A DNA stretch of 64,000 nt, taken from positions 1 to 64,000 of IMG/VR virus record IMGVR_UViG_3300029305_004474, one strand, 5' to 3'. This document shows, in pieces, positions 27,889-41,800 of this stretch; the stretch's first letter is position 1; the number at the start of each line of letters is the position of its first letter. The notes under the pieces were generated by a model that saw only the letters and a list, made by a program, of their open reading frames with translations, did no database searches and had not been told where the DNA came from. The position numbers and the translations under genes are program-made. This stretch comes from a virus. Its lineage: Duplodnaviria > Caudoviricetes.

Positions 27889-29814
27889 TTAGTTAAAACT
27901 GAAAATATTATTAATTTTAGCCTTAATGGATCCGGCTATCTTTCTACCTACTGTAGTAGGAGTATCTCTTAAATAATCACCCATTAATTGAGTAATTAAA
28001 TCGAGCTTCAAATTAATCTGTGATACATTTAAATCTATACCACAGAGATTTCCCAAATACTCTAACAAAGGACCGTTTTCCATAAATAAGAATGGATTTC
28101 TACCATTACCACCCATCAATGAGGAATGTAAAGGTACGATGTCAAATGTTACCTTAATTTCTGTAGCTAGACCAGCTTCACTCCAATTAATATCATCTGA
28201 ACCACCACGCTCTACTCTTACATTGCTAATAACCGCCAAATCCGAATTATATACACCTCGTTGATACGACTTAACAATGTATGGATATCCGTACATATTT
28301 TTCGATAATTGTTTAGGCCAGGCAAAATTCAATATTGCTAATGTAGGTAATATTACTCTTAAAAACACATCTTGAGGATCCGCAGATAACGACTTAAAAT
28401 AAAGTGTACAAGATGTGGTTTGTTCATATAAAACATCATCGATCATATCAGGTACAACCATTTTTCCACCCTTCATATAACCACGAAGAACTGTTGCTAA
28501 AGAACCGACAATAGTACCAGAATTATCTCCTATTTCATCCATTAATGTATCAAGATCCGACTCTAGATTAGCAATAACTCCTTTATCTTGATTCATTGCT
28601 CCACCAAATAGAAAATTTACACTTTTCACAGTATTACGCAATTTATCTTGGTTGAGCACATCTGCTAAAGGTGATTCCATTGTAGTGATAGTATACCCTT
28701 CACTCATACTAGTACCTTCATTCGTTAAAAAGAAATGAATATACTGGTCATCATTAAATGTAGATTTAATACCGGTAGCAAATTGCCAAAACATAGTATC
28801 TATTATACCTTTATAATTTCCATCTGCAGCATGTTGCGAATTGCGTTTTGATGTTGTATAATAACTCCAATCAAATCTTTTATACTCAATTTTGGTTCCC
28901 GGAACCAATTCGTTCCCTATACCTAACATTATAGCAGCAACTCTAGCAGTTACATTAAGTCTATTGGAATAATCGTCATAATCACATTCAAAATCATATA
29001 ATTGCTCGGCTAATGGACCTTCACCACCAAGATCATCCTCTTCCGATATTAATTCATTTACTTCTCTTCCAATACTTTTAGTTATTCTCTGCATAACCGT
29101 TTCCTGATCATCTTTTTTAACTCCGGGCATATATACTGCTTTACCAGGACAAATAGAAAAAACAGAAGGATTTGAATAAATAGTATTAAGCTGACTTCTA
29201 CCTATTCTAGGTACATTGGGACTAGACTTCGCATAATAACATATATCAGTACTATCTAAAAATACATACGGAGAACCAAACGTGTTATAATATTTAGATA
29301 TCTGCTCTGATACTTCATCGATTATTGTACCCTCACCTTTAATTATTTTATTTAAAAATGAGTCTTTATCTTCTACTGGTGGATACTCTTTTACTGGTAC
29401 TTCATATGGTGTACCATCTTCCTGAGGTATATCCACCTTAGTTTCTAATGAAGGGTTAGTGGGGGTAGAATTACTAGTATTTTTCTTTAAAGATTCATTC
29501 ACTTTTTTTTCTTCTGTTCCGGTAGGAGTTTTAGTACCTACATCATAAGAAGTTTTATATTCTTTTATATAGGTTGCTGGTATGTATAGCCCTTTATACG
29601 TACCTTCTTTTATTTCGTGATAACCATTTTGTGGTGCATTCCAACAATTTACAATACTTGCTGGCTCAACTCTCATCGCAACCAAATTAAACGTTGAGCT
29701 TCCGGATCTTCCATACAACGGTGCAGCTTTTCCATCAAGAACAATATATTTTTTTACAGAACCCATACCAGCTGCCTCAAAAGAAGTCTGTACAACGTTT
29801 GAATTCAATACCAT
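27889..29814 (-). CDS. Baseplate hub/tail tube-associated protein
   Basis: Directly downstream of TMP; C-terminal YGYPYIV...GVYNSDLAVISNVRVERGG...W...GLATEIKVTFDI tube-like pattern. Confidence 0.6.
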   Translation of the reverse strand: MVLNSNVVQTSFEAAGMGSVKKYIVLDGKAAPLYGRSGSSTFNLVAMRVEPASIVNCWNAPQNGYHEIKEGTYKGLYIPATYIKEYKTSYDVGTKTPTGTEEKKVNESLKKNTSNSTPTNPSLETKVDIPQEDGTPYEVPVKEYPPVEDKDSFLNKIIKGEGTIIDEVSEQISKYYNTFGSPYVFLDSTDICYYAKSSPNVPRIGRSQLNTIYSNPSVFSICPGKAVYMPGVKKDDQETVMQRITKSIGREVNELISEEDDLGGEGPLAEQLYDFECDYDDYSNRLNVTARVAAIMLGIGNELVPGTKIEYKRFDWSYYTTSKRNSQHAADGNYKGIIDTMFWQFATGIKSTFNDDQYIHFFLTNEGTSMSEGYTITTMESPLADVLNQDKLRNTVKSVNFLFGGAMNQDKGVIANLESDLDTLMDEIGDNSGTIVGSLATVLRGYMKGGKMVVPDMIDDVLYEQTTSCTLYFKSLSADPQDVFLRVILPTLAILNFAWPKQLSKNMYGYPYIVKSYQRGVYNSDLAVISNVRVERGGSDDINWSEAGLATEIKVTFDIVPLHSSLMGGNGRNPFLFMENGPLLEYLGNLCGIDLNVSQINLKLDLITQLMGDYLRDTPTTVGRKIAGSIKAKINNIFSFN

Positions 29815-29835
29815 ATTTATACCTCCTTTAGCATA

Positions 29836-29870
29836 AAGAGCTAGATGAAATCAATTTCATCTAGCTCTTA
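29836..29870. terminator. Hairpin after TMP
   Basis: aagagctagatgaaat-ca-atttcatctagctctt. Confidence 0.65.
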
Positions 29871-29876
29871 TTATAT

Positions 29877-32800
29877 TTATTTTCTAGCTATAATTTCGTG
29901 TAATGATCTTCCACCACTCGATAATGCACTTTCTGTACTTCTATAAGAACGATTCGTACCTATATTAGTAGAATTATCGTTGTCAGTGGATCGATTTACA
30001 GTGTTATTAGTTGTGTTTAAATTGACCGTTGAACCATTATTAGCAGTTATTCCATCCATAGCATCAAGAATTCTATTCTTAGAATCTGCGTCTAATGTAG
30101 ACCATCCAGTTAATAATGTAACAATATCTCTTAAACTATCAACTACTTCGTTTAATCTATCGTCTGAATTAGAACTATTCCCTATCATGGTAAGAATATC
30201 ATCTTGACCACCTAACGAAGAACCGTTTTTAGACATAACCTCGTCTAATTTAGATTCCATGATATTTAAGTTTGTCTTAATACTTCTAGTCAAACCATGT
30301 TTAGAAGCATCTATTGTAGATAATGGATCTACGATATGTTCATGCTGTCTTACTTCATAGTGTACGTGTGGTCCGGTACTTCTACCAGATGAACCTACAT
30401 AACCTAATATATCACCAGTATTAATCTCAGAACCAATTCTGTACTGAGAAGCATTATTCATATGAGCAATTAAATGCTTCTTACCTGTATTATCTTTGAT
30501 AACCACATAGTTACCATAATCAGAACCATACGATTCAGATTTATTCTCCACAATCTTACCAGACACCGGAGATTGAATTGGAGTATTATATAAAGCAGCA
30601 ATATCTGTACCTCTATGTCTGGATATAATACCAGTAGTAGGATCAATGTTCATTCCTACTGTTTGAGTAATACGTCCGCCCAAAGTGTTTAGTAAATATG
30701 CCACTTCATTAGGAGTTGAATATCTTATATCATCGATATATGTCTTGAAATCATTTTCTCCACCTAAAGCTACTTCGGTAAAAGGAGAAGTCTCTTTCTG
30801 TCCAGAAGTAGTCGCATAATTCAAATATTTAGATTTACCCCAATGAGTCCAATTATTTGACGAAAGCTTTTCGATCTGTACATCAGACGATGAGTTGGCA
30901 CAATAGCCTCCGGTATGAATCACATTACCATCTCCCATCAAAATACCTACATGAACCATATTCGAATTTTCTGTGGACTTTCTAAATACAAGTATACCAG
31001 GAGTATATAAGTATTTATTAGGTATCTTTGATATAGTTCCCTTATCGGTAGACGAATTATATAAACTATTCGCTGTGTGAGAAGTACTTCCTGTATAACC
31101 TCTAATAAGACCAGAGCAGTCTGATACATATCCTCCACCAAACATATCAAACTTTTCTCTATAATATTGAGCATTATGTGTAGTACCTTCTTTTGCATGT
31201 ATACTCTTTAAAGATTTATAATATGATTCTGTGAGTTTTTTACCACTACCTCCCCATACATACCTACAACCTAAATTCTTTAAAGAAACTGCATACCTAA
31301 CTAATCCGTATGCACTCTTACCATCGCCCGTATCAGGTGTACCAGTAATATTAGCAGTCCATTTTGTATTAGTTAACTTATCTAATATATTGGCAGGTTT
31401 ATCGGTTTCTTCACCCATTTCCTTTTTACCAGAAGCAGATCCTAGATATTTACCAAGATGAGTATCGATTATACTACTAAATTTACCGAAAACTCCAGTT
31501 ACAGTAGTAAGATCATATTCGTCATCTTCGCCACCTGCGGGACCATACATTTTTGCATTAGATAAGTAATTTTGATAATTCGTTGAATTGTATCTTGAAT
31601 ATGTAGATTCATCAATTTGAGGGTATTCCCCAAATGTTTCAAAATATTTCTGTTCATATATAGCTCTGGTTCCAGAATTGTATTTCATAGTCTCAGGATA
31701 TATACGATTAAATTCTTCAAGACTCTTTGAACTATTTGTAACGACTCCCGCGTTTTTATTAATCAAATCATTATAATATTCAGTACTTAAAAGTCTGATA
31801 TTTTTAAAATTATTTACTCTATCTAAAGATATATCAATATTATCTAAATTGGTAAATAGTGATCGATTAAATGATTCATTCGCTTCTAAGATATTACGTG
31901 CTACAGCAAGATCTCTTTCACTATAAATATTTTTATCATTTTCGATATCGATATTTCTATTTTTCAACAAATCGATGAATTTCTTAGTTTCTTCGTCTGC
32001 ATTAGAATAATTGATATTATATTTAATGATATTTCTAAATAATTTCTTCTTATCTTCAGGCAACGATACAAACTTATTATTGCTTTCAATGATATTCTTT
32101 GCATTAAGATAGTTGATATTTTCTCGCATTTCACTAAGAAAACTACTCTCTCGATAAGCAAGTTCGTTTATGATAGCAGATTTCTCAGCATTACTAAGCT
32201 TATAACTTCTTTCTTCTAGTAAGATATTAAGAGTTTCATCGTCCATATCTTCAATAGCGGTATCAGAAAAAGATACATAACTTCTATCAAATAAATTTAA
32301 CGTATTCAAATTAGATCTATTAGACAGCTTCCCGTTATTCTTGCTAGAAACGTATGTAGATTGTAAGTACTGCTGCATATCTTCTTCTGAATTAAGATAT
32401 GATAACTCTGCAATTTTTGCGGCTTCTTCTTCACTAAGTTCTTCTCCCTCATCTTCAGATGAAAAGATAGACTTATATTTTCCATCTCCCAATAAACTTG
32501 CTAAAAGATTATCAAACATTGAAGTCATAGCATCAAATATTGAACTTAATGCACTAAGACCGCCTTTTGCATTTTCTTTAATGGTTTCCCATATACTCTT
32601 TTTAAATTTAGGTGCATCGATATCATTAATTGGTTCTTCTGGTAATCCTTTACCATATGGATTAGAAAAAATAATACCACTAATAGTACCAGCACTTGAT
32701 AAAGCTTCATTAGGTAATACAATATCGGATGTTCTATCAGGATATTGTGGATCATTTACTAAAAACATACTACCTGTTTCATCCGCACTATGACCTATAA

Positions 32801-35800
32801 CAACATTCGAAGATCTTCCTCCAAATATTTCATTACTTGTGGAACCTCCAAGCGGTGTCAACATAACAAGTTTATTATCTTGCATAGCTTTTATCATTTC
32901 TTTAGCTTTAGTTGTACCCTCAATCTGTAAAGGTTTATCCTTAACATAAGTCTCAGTCAAAGACTGTAAACCATTTGATGAATAGAATGTAGGTAATATA
33001 CCTTTATCATTATACCATTCTGGATGTTCTTCTGTAAACCAATTGCCAAGAATATAACTTGGTGTAATGGCTCTACCATTACCAGAAAACATGTTAAACG
33101 TGGTTAAAATAGATGCAAGTGTTGCAATTTCATGACCTTGATCACTAAAAGGACTATTTTTCCATTTCAATTCTTCCCACATATTATCATGAATTGAATA
33201 ATATGGAATACCGTTTACTACGCCGTATGGTCTAGTAGAGGATGTGCTATAGTCATTATTTGACATATCGACTGAAGTCACTCTACCTAAATAATTAGAT
33301 AAGAGCGCAATTTTTTGCTCATCTGTCTTACCATTAAGATCCGGTGAATTTAAATATTTCGTAATTTTACTGTATAGCCAAGAATCGTTAAGTGATTCAT
33401 TACCACCATACAACGGATCATTGAGTTTAAGAATAACTACAGGATTGATACCTTTAGCATTATCTTCAGATGGTAAATATACATTTGGATCATTTGGCGA
33501 AGCTACAACTTTTTCTATACATTCGGCAATTGCCGCTTTCAAATTATCGGATGCGATTTCCATTCTTGCTTTGTTGACATTTTCTTCATCATATATATCA
33601 AAATCAATATTTTTGTATCCGTGTAATGTATGGATGCTCATAAGCTCGCTATTAGTTAATTTTTCAATTTCCTTTGCAACTTTAGGCATCAATACGAATT
33701 CAATCATTGCTTCGATATCATATCCTTTAGGATTTAAACCTAAACTTTTTATAGAATTATTTAAAGATGAGCCAAAATTGTTAACTCCTTTATTATATCT
33801 ATAATTATAACTATAAAGCCATCTGTTTAATTCCAACTTTCTTTCAGTATCGCTTAAGTTACTCCACCATTCTTCGATTACTTTTCTAAGAATAGAGATT
33901 TCACTTGAATCGTTATTCGCTCCTTCTTTTATACCAATAATATCATCGATAGTATATAATCTAGAATCAGAAAATGCGTTATTATAGAAATCCTTATATT
34001 CTCCTTTATGCTTTTTATCAGTAGAAAATAAACTTGCAGGTTTTATTAAACGTTTTACATCTTTCATGTACTCTGCAGCTTCGGAATGCGATATCTTATA
34101 ATTACTATAAGCAATATCTTCTGGATTCATGTATGGGTCTATAGCTGAAATGGAATCATACAATCCATATCCAATCGATTCATTTGCTATAGGATCAATA
34201 ATATGCTTAGCTTTACCATACTGATCTTTATATGCCCACGCATTTGTTAAATATGGAGAAATTTTATTCATCGAATAAGCCGAAATTTCCCCAGTTAAAG
34301 GATCTGATACCAATACTTGATTTCCATCTATCGACTCAAGAGTTACAATATGACCAGCTTCTGTAAATAATCCGCCATATTCGGATACTCCACTAACAAT
34401 GATTTTCTCACCATTTTTCAAATGACTAAATACATGATTGGTAGATATTTTCTTTCCTTCTAGACCTAAATCTCTTGCTCCAGATTCAAATAATTTAGCA
34501 TTAGCACCACCATTTGTAATATATCCTTTATTAACTGCCATTTGAGCAACTTCTAATGGTGTAGCATTACTAATGTTAGCCAATGCTGTAGGTCCACATC
34601 CTGCTAATTGCATAGTTGCGATATTTCCATTAGGCAATGTGCCTAATTTAAAATTTGCCCATCGTGGATCATTTTGAGCATAAGAAGTGAGCGATGAATT
34701 TTTAAAGCCATAACCTACAACTGCTTTACCATAGCCAGGAACTTCTTCTTTATTATCCGATGTGACGGTCGTATTATAATTTTCATTATTGATAATTATA
34801 TTGTAACCAACGTTCGAAGCATTATGACTACCTGCACTTGTAGCATAAATATTCATGTCTTCTATAGCAGATTTAAGACCTAAACTACGTTTAATCTTAT
34901 TCCACCAAGAATTACTTTGCTCTTTTAACTCAAGATATTCATCCATCGTAAGTTCGCCACCTACGTGAGCATCATTATAGTTTTCTAATTCTTTTTCCAT
35001 TATTGCCTGAGCATTGGAAAAATCCTCTAGAGCTTTATCATTACCAAATGTTTCTAGTATAGTAACATATATTTCTTGTGCAAATTTTCTCTTTTGATCC
35101 TCTCCTGTTACAGATGAATAGATGGTAAGCATAATGTCGAATATTGCACCCACTGCAGTACCAAGTATAACATTTGTGAATGTTGATACTATTCTCATAG
35201 TTCCATCTGCCATACCTTCTGGAACACCAAAAAGCGTTTCTGTATTTGCAAATCCCATTATACCATCATATGCAGTCAAAACGATTCCTATATAAGGTAA
35301 CATTTTACTTGCACCTTTAAAAACTCCTGATGCACAACTACCAGCGAAGTTTGTTAATGTCTTAGATGAACAGCCTAGAAATCCTGTACAGAAATCATCA
35401 AATCGTTTAACCACTGCCGTGATCACGTTGTCGTCTATTATCTTACTAAAAAGCTTCTTTGCATTTTTCTTAACCCAAGTAGTAAGCCTATTAATAAGAC
35501 CTTTAGCAGATTCAACACCTATATCATCTGAACTCTTTCGTATTATATCACCAGCCCTGTTTAGAACTTCAGAAGTACCTTCTTCAACTAATTTAGTAGC
35601 ATCTACAAATTTAGCCTTTTTAGAAATGCCATGTACTACATCTTCCACGCTTTCTTTTGCTCTATTTTCATAGATGGAACTTATTTGTTTTCTTAAATTC
35701 GAAATTTGTTCTTCATTTGCTGTATTGATTATTTTTGCAACATCTCTGCTACTATAAAACGAATCTCCATTTTTAATTCCGTTTTCCCTAAAGAGCTCAA

Positions 35801-38800
35801 CTATTTCTTTTACATTCTTGCTATCTGCTCGTCCTTTTTTATTTTTGACTAAAAGATTATCAATTCCTGAAAGATTTTTAGCTAACTCCTCTGAAATACC
35901 CGTAATCTCATCTTTCATTACACGATTAGCATATTTACTTCCAAATACACCAGCCTGTCTATCAGCTGCTTCACCTAGTAAATCAAGTGTGGTTTTCTTA
36001 CCACCCTCTTTTAATGACTTACTCATAGTTTTACTTAATTCAGTCATGCCTTTTCCAGCAGCTTTAGTTAATTTAAACGGTCTTCCGATTCCAGGTATCC
36101 AACTAACTAACGATGATGTAGCATTTAAAGATCTGCCTACTAATTTTAATCCCGATGCCGCATTACTAGGATTTTTTATAACCTGAAAACCGTATCTTGC
36201 TAAATTACCACCAGTACCTCTACTGATATTTGCTATTCTACCATCATCAGTAATATACTGATAATCATCGAGTACTTGGTATTTCCCATCTTTATTGGTA
36301 ATGTATTCATACTCGCCAGTTTCTGGATTATACCATCTAGCAAGCTTCTTAGCATCTAAAGTATACCCGGTATTTAGATTGACATCTTCTGCACTGTATG
36401 CAGTCGTCTTATTATTCCACCCTATCCAATCTAAGAATGTAGAGCCTAAATCCAATAATGAATCACGAAGCATTGGGATTGATTGCCACATAACCGTAAT
36501 CGCAGTTTCTGCCACATCTGTAACATGTGAAAATACCCAAGGAATAGCTTCATCGGTTACAAAATTTATCGCGTCTGGTAAATATTCTGTAGCTACATCT
36601 TTAACACCTTTCGCAAGACCTCCTATTACAGCTCCAATTTGATCTTTAAATACAAAGCCACCGACCATTAATGCTGCCTGTAATAATGGACTATCTTTTA
36701 CCTTAACACCGAAACCAAAAATACCAGAAGCTAATCTACCAATCCAGGATTTTTGAACAGCATTGAATCCTTTGCCGATAAGATTCATGCTACCATCTTT
36801 TTTTGTGGTGAAACTATCATACCATCTACGCTTATGCGTATCTGCAAAATGATCTTTACCTTCTTCAGCCTCTGCTCCAAGAGCTTGAGCTGCTGCAGTT
36901 TCCTCAGCTTCTCTTATTAGTTCAGCCTCTGCTAAATCTTCTTCGTCTTCTTCTTTATCTATGTCTTCATATGCATCCATAATCGAATCACTAATAAGAT
37001 TTTTTATGGTTGCTAACCAATTATGCAGTCCTATTTTTTTACCTTTGGATTCTAAGTCAGCTTGATGAATAATGGCACGACTTGCAATATCCTCACCAAC
37101 CCAATTAGCCTCGGTAAATTCTTGCATAGTTTCAGTCATATCAACATCATTATCTACGCTAGTTTTTGGCTTGAGCCCTTCATATAAATAATCATACTTA
37201 TCCTGAACCACATCGATTAATCTATTCAAAGAACTAAAGTCTTCATTTTTATATTCTCGCATTAATTCAGTATGAATAAAAGGAGGAATAATTTTTCTAT
37301 TTAAAAGATCATCAAATAAATCTGTATTGTCAATGCTAGCTTTTCTTTCTTCTTCACGAAGTTTAATTTCTTCTTCTTTCTCTTCTGCTCTGATTTCTTC
37401 GATAACTTCTTCATATGATTTCACATTTACTACATTTTTTCTCTGTTCCATCATACGGTCATATGTTTCTTTATCTATATAAAATTCTCTACCTTCGGCT
37501 TCTGCTAAAGCTTGAGCTTCTTGAAATCTTTCTAATATATCTTCTGATAAATCAATATCACCTCTAAGAAATTTAGATATCATACCAATATCTTTAGTAG
37601 TAACATTAAATTTCTTATATAATCTAGAATTTCTAGTATCAATAGCTTTATCAACTTCTTCAGTTACTATATCTGCACTACGAGCAGCAGATGTAACTCT
37701 AAGGTGTTCAAAAATATTCTCAAGAATATTTAATACTTTACCCTGGTATTTTTCGGTAGCCTCTTTATGGGCATCATCTTTAGTTTTTGATTCCTCGATT
37801 TTTGCTTCAAGAGTTTTAGCTAATAAATTCTCCGTACCGAATTCTCCGTACTTAGATTGCCAATCTTTTCGACGGTACATGAACTCTTTAACTTGAGATT
37901 CAGTTTTAATCCCGTCCCCAATAATACCAAGTTTTCTCAATTGTCTAACGCGCTCATCTAATACTTCATCAGTCCAGCCCATGTCTTCATTATATCTGTC
38001 TTGCTTTTTCCATTTAGATGCTAAGCGTTCACTTTGTCTGAAATTCTCACGATTTTGTTTTTCGACGTCATGCTTCTTCTTTGCTAAGTTGTAATTTGCC
38101 AACGCTTGAAACCATCCCAAACGGTTTCTTCCAGCCGCATCCATGCCCTCTCCCCATTCTCCTCGGGCTGCCGCTTCAACTGCTTCATCAGCAAATCCAC
38201 CCATTCCTAATAAATCTTTAGCACGATCTCTTAGTCTAAGTAAAGAACCAAATCTTCTATTGTATTTATCGCCTGCATCATCTACAGTCCATTTACCAGT
38301 TAAATCATCAAATAATGCATTTCTATATGCTTTATCTTCTTGCTTACGTTTACGATATTGAGTAAGAGCCAATAACTTAAGTGGCATTGTAGCAGCTCCG
38401 CCAACAAACTGTGCAGTATATCTAGTAGCTTTACCTGCTAAATTAAATCCTCCACTTACTGCCCTGGTAATAGGAGACAATAATCTTTCAATGCCACCAC
38501 TAAAGATAGCAATAATATTTTCTCCAACTGTATCAAATGTTTCTTTTACAGTATCGGTTAATTCTCTCTTAAATTTAGAAAAATCGTCTGCTATTGGACC
38601 AAATGCCAATTTAAATGGTAATTCTATATTTTTCTTAGCCCATATTCCAAAATCGCTAAGATTATCTTCTATAGTATGCTTCATAGGTATAATAGCTTCA
38701 TCCATGATAAGTTCCATACTTCTATGAATTAAACCATTCTTATGACGAGATGCAACACCTTCTTCATCTATATATTCATCACCAAAGAGATACCTATTGA

Positions 38801-41800
38801 ATCTATCTGTATTCGAAGCAATGCCTAATCCAAGACCAGCAATAGCCATTCCCACAGGTCCACCAAGTGTAAGTGCTCCACCTAATAATCCCATCTCGGC
38901 TAAAGCAGCTCCACCAATTAATCCAAAACCTGCTCCTTTAATACCTTTTTTGAGATATTCGCTACTACTTTTAACTACTTTAGAAGTAGCATTCAGTGTT
39001 CCGGATAATATTCCTCCAGAACGTTTGTTATCAGCACCTTTGGTACCAAACAATTTTTTCTGAAGAGTCTCATTATTTTTAAGAATACCAAGACCTAATC
39101 CTACAATACCAGCACCTATTGGTCCTGTGCCTAATAACGCACCAGTGATTAATCCTGTAGGGGTAGGCAATCCAATTGCTCCACCTATTACATGTTTTAG
39201 CACACCTAAGGTAGCTCCACCTATCGCATATGGCATTGCTTGTTTAAAAGCATCTGCTTGAGATTTGGTGATGATACCCTCGTGCATAATACCGTCTTTA
39301 TCTTCACCGCCGAATAAAATTCGGTTCATCGTTTTAGATTTAGCAAGTAAAGTAGTACCTAAACCTACTATAGCACCACCTACCAAACCAGTAGGAAGAA
39401 ACATGCTCGTTAATAATCCCCGACCACCAAGATGTAAAAGACCAATAGCACCACCAGCCAAAGCTCCCTTTGCTAATGATTTAGGAAGATCTTTATATTT
39501 AGCATTTATCTGAGACATCTGTCTCATAAATCTATCTTTAAAATGTTTAGGATCCTCTATAGTATCAGAAATTATAGTACTAGCATTTCCTGCACCTACA
39601 GTTATTGCATCCTCGAGTTTTTGAATTTCGTCTTTAAGCTGTTCATTCTTAGTTTCTTCAAGTTTTGCATCAATCTTTGAATCTAGTTCATTAATAGGTG
39701 TAGGTAAAGGAATTTGTGTATTAATTTGATCACCTTGATCAATAACCTCACCAATTTGCTTAATTAATGCTTTACCAGTAATATTAATAACTGCATTAGT
39801 GACACCTATGGTCGCATTTTCATATCCTGCTTCATATATATGAACATTCTGTTCATTTTTCACAACTTGAGTGGTACTTTTTTGTGCTATGTTTAAATTC
39901 TGACCGCTATTTGTCAATCCCTGTATCTGTTGATTAGGTGAGCCAAATAAATGATAATATGCCCCATATATAAGCTCATGTATATCAGCAATAGCATTAT
40001 ATAATATATGGGTTCGTTTTTGTGGAAGAATTTTTGAATTGATCTCGGATAATACTTTATTAGTAGTATCTATAGGATTCACTCTTTGAGTTCTAGAAGG
40101 GTTAATATTGGTACTTTGCGGTTGTGTACTTGAGATAGAGGATTCATTGCTAAAACCTAAAGGTTTTTCATAACTAAATGCATCACTAACACCTTTAAAT
40201 TTAGACATATCTTGTTTAGATATAAATCCTGTCTCAGGATCCATAACTGCCAATTTATCATCATCTGCACCTACTAAAGCTACAATGTGACCTTGCTTAG
40301 AGAATATAGAAGATAATCCTCTACTCTTACCAGCAATGATTGAAGGAATTCCATTCTTTGCATTATCAATTGCTGCAGAAAAAGAAATTTTCCTTCCTTT
40401 CAATCCTATCATAGATGCACCTTTAGTAAATAAATCCTCAGTAGCACCACCACCAGATAAAAATCCATTCTCTCTAGCAATTTTTAATATCTCACCAGGT
40501 TTAATATTCTTATGATATAAAGAAGCTAAAAAAGATAAAGCTGTAGGTCCACATCCCGCATTATCCATAGTACTAACTTCACCATTATCCATAATGCCAG
40601 TAATGATATTAGACCACAATGGATTATGCTGACTATAATATCCAATACCTGTACCGAAGAATTTTCGTGGTTTCTTCTTTTTAAATTCCATGGTAATACC
40701 AAGACCAGCCAATTCGTCAAAAAGATCTTCGTTTTTCTTAGTAATCCTTTTATAAATTCCAGGATGTTCATCTCGCAATAAAGCAACGCTATTAAGCATT
40801 CTCTTAGCAAGGGTTAAATCTGCTGAGGTTATAACTTCATTTCTAATAATACGATCTCTTATACTTTTCAATTTAGCATCGTATTCGGCTTCTATTTTTA
40901 AGTCATCTTTATATTTACCAAAACTATTTTTAATGTCTCTTAACCCTTCTGGACTAGCCCATCTAAAATATTTTTGATATTGCTCGGATTTTGCATAATC
41001 TGAATCAAATAAGCTTACCATACTACTATTAAAGAAATCACCATATAAATCCTTAGCGTATGCCAAAAGATTTTGATCCTTATCTTCATATACAGTACCA
41101 TCTCTAGCAGTATAACCTTTACCAGTAATTTGATATTTTAGCCAATTAATCATTGGTGTTAAAATACCTTCTTCGTCCCCGAATAATTTTTCTCTAAGAA
41201 GGTTGAGAGTGCTATTTGGATCATCCCCAAATACTTTTTGAATCATACCATCTTTACTGAAAAAATCCCTATACATAGGAACAAGAAGATTGCTATGAAG
41301 ACTCATAACAAGACCTTGAATCATATTCTCGGTTCTGCCAGTAGCGATAGATTCACCTATTGTCATATTGATCGATTTATTCTTAGCATCGTTCATGCTA
41401 TCATAATCAATATTACCATATTCATCAAATTTATATCCTGAACGTTTTCTGAATTTATCTGCTTGAGAAGATGCAATTTTACCTTCTTTCTCAAGTCCGA
41501 TTCTTTCTCTTTCGGCATTTTCTTCATATATTTCACGATGGAATTCAGGAATGAATGCTCTAACAGTAATGCCTTCTCCAATTGTTTTAATTGCATCTCC
41601 TATAGCACTACCTATCTCATCTCCTCCGAGTAAGTCACGTTCTCCTGTTTTTCTAATCTGATCGTAAATTCTTTTTCCAAATGCGTCTTCTCTAGAAGCA
41701 GTATACCCACCATCGTCTAATCCTAAAGCAGAATTAAACTGTCTTGGACTCATACGAGCTTTGGATGCTTTGTCAAACGCTTCTGCTTTTCGTCTAGTGC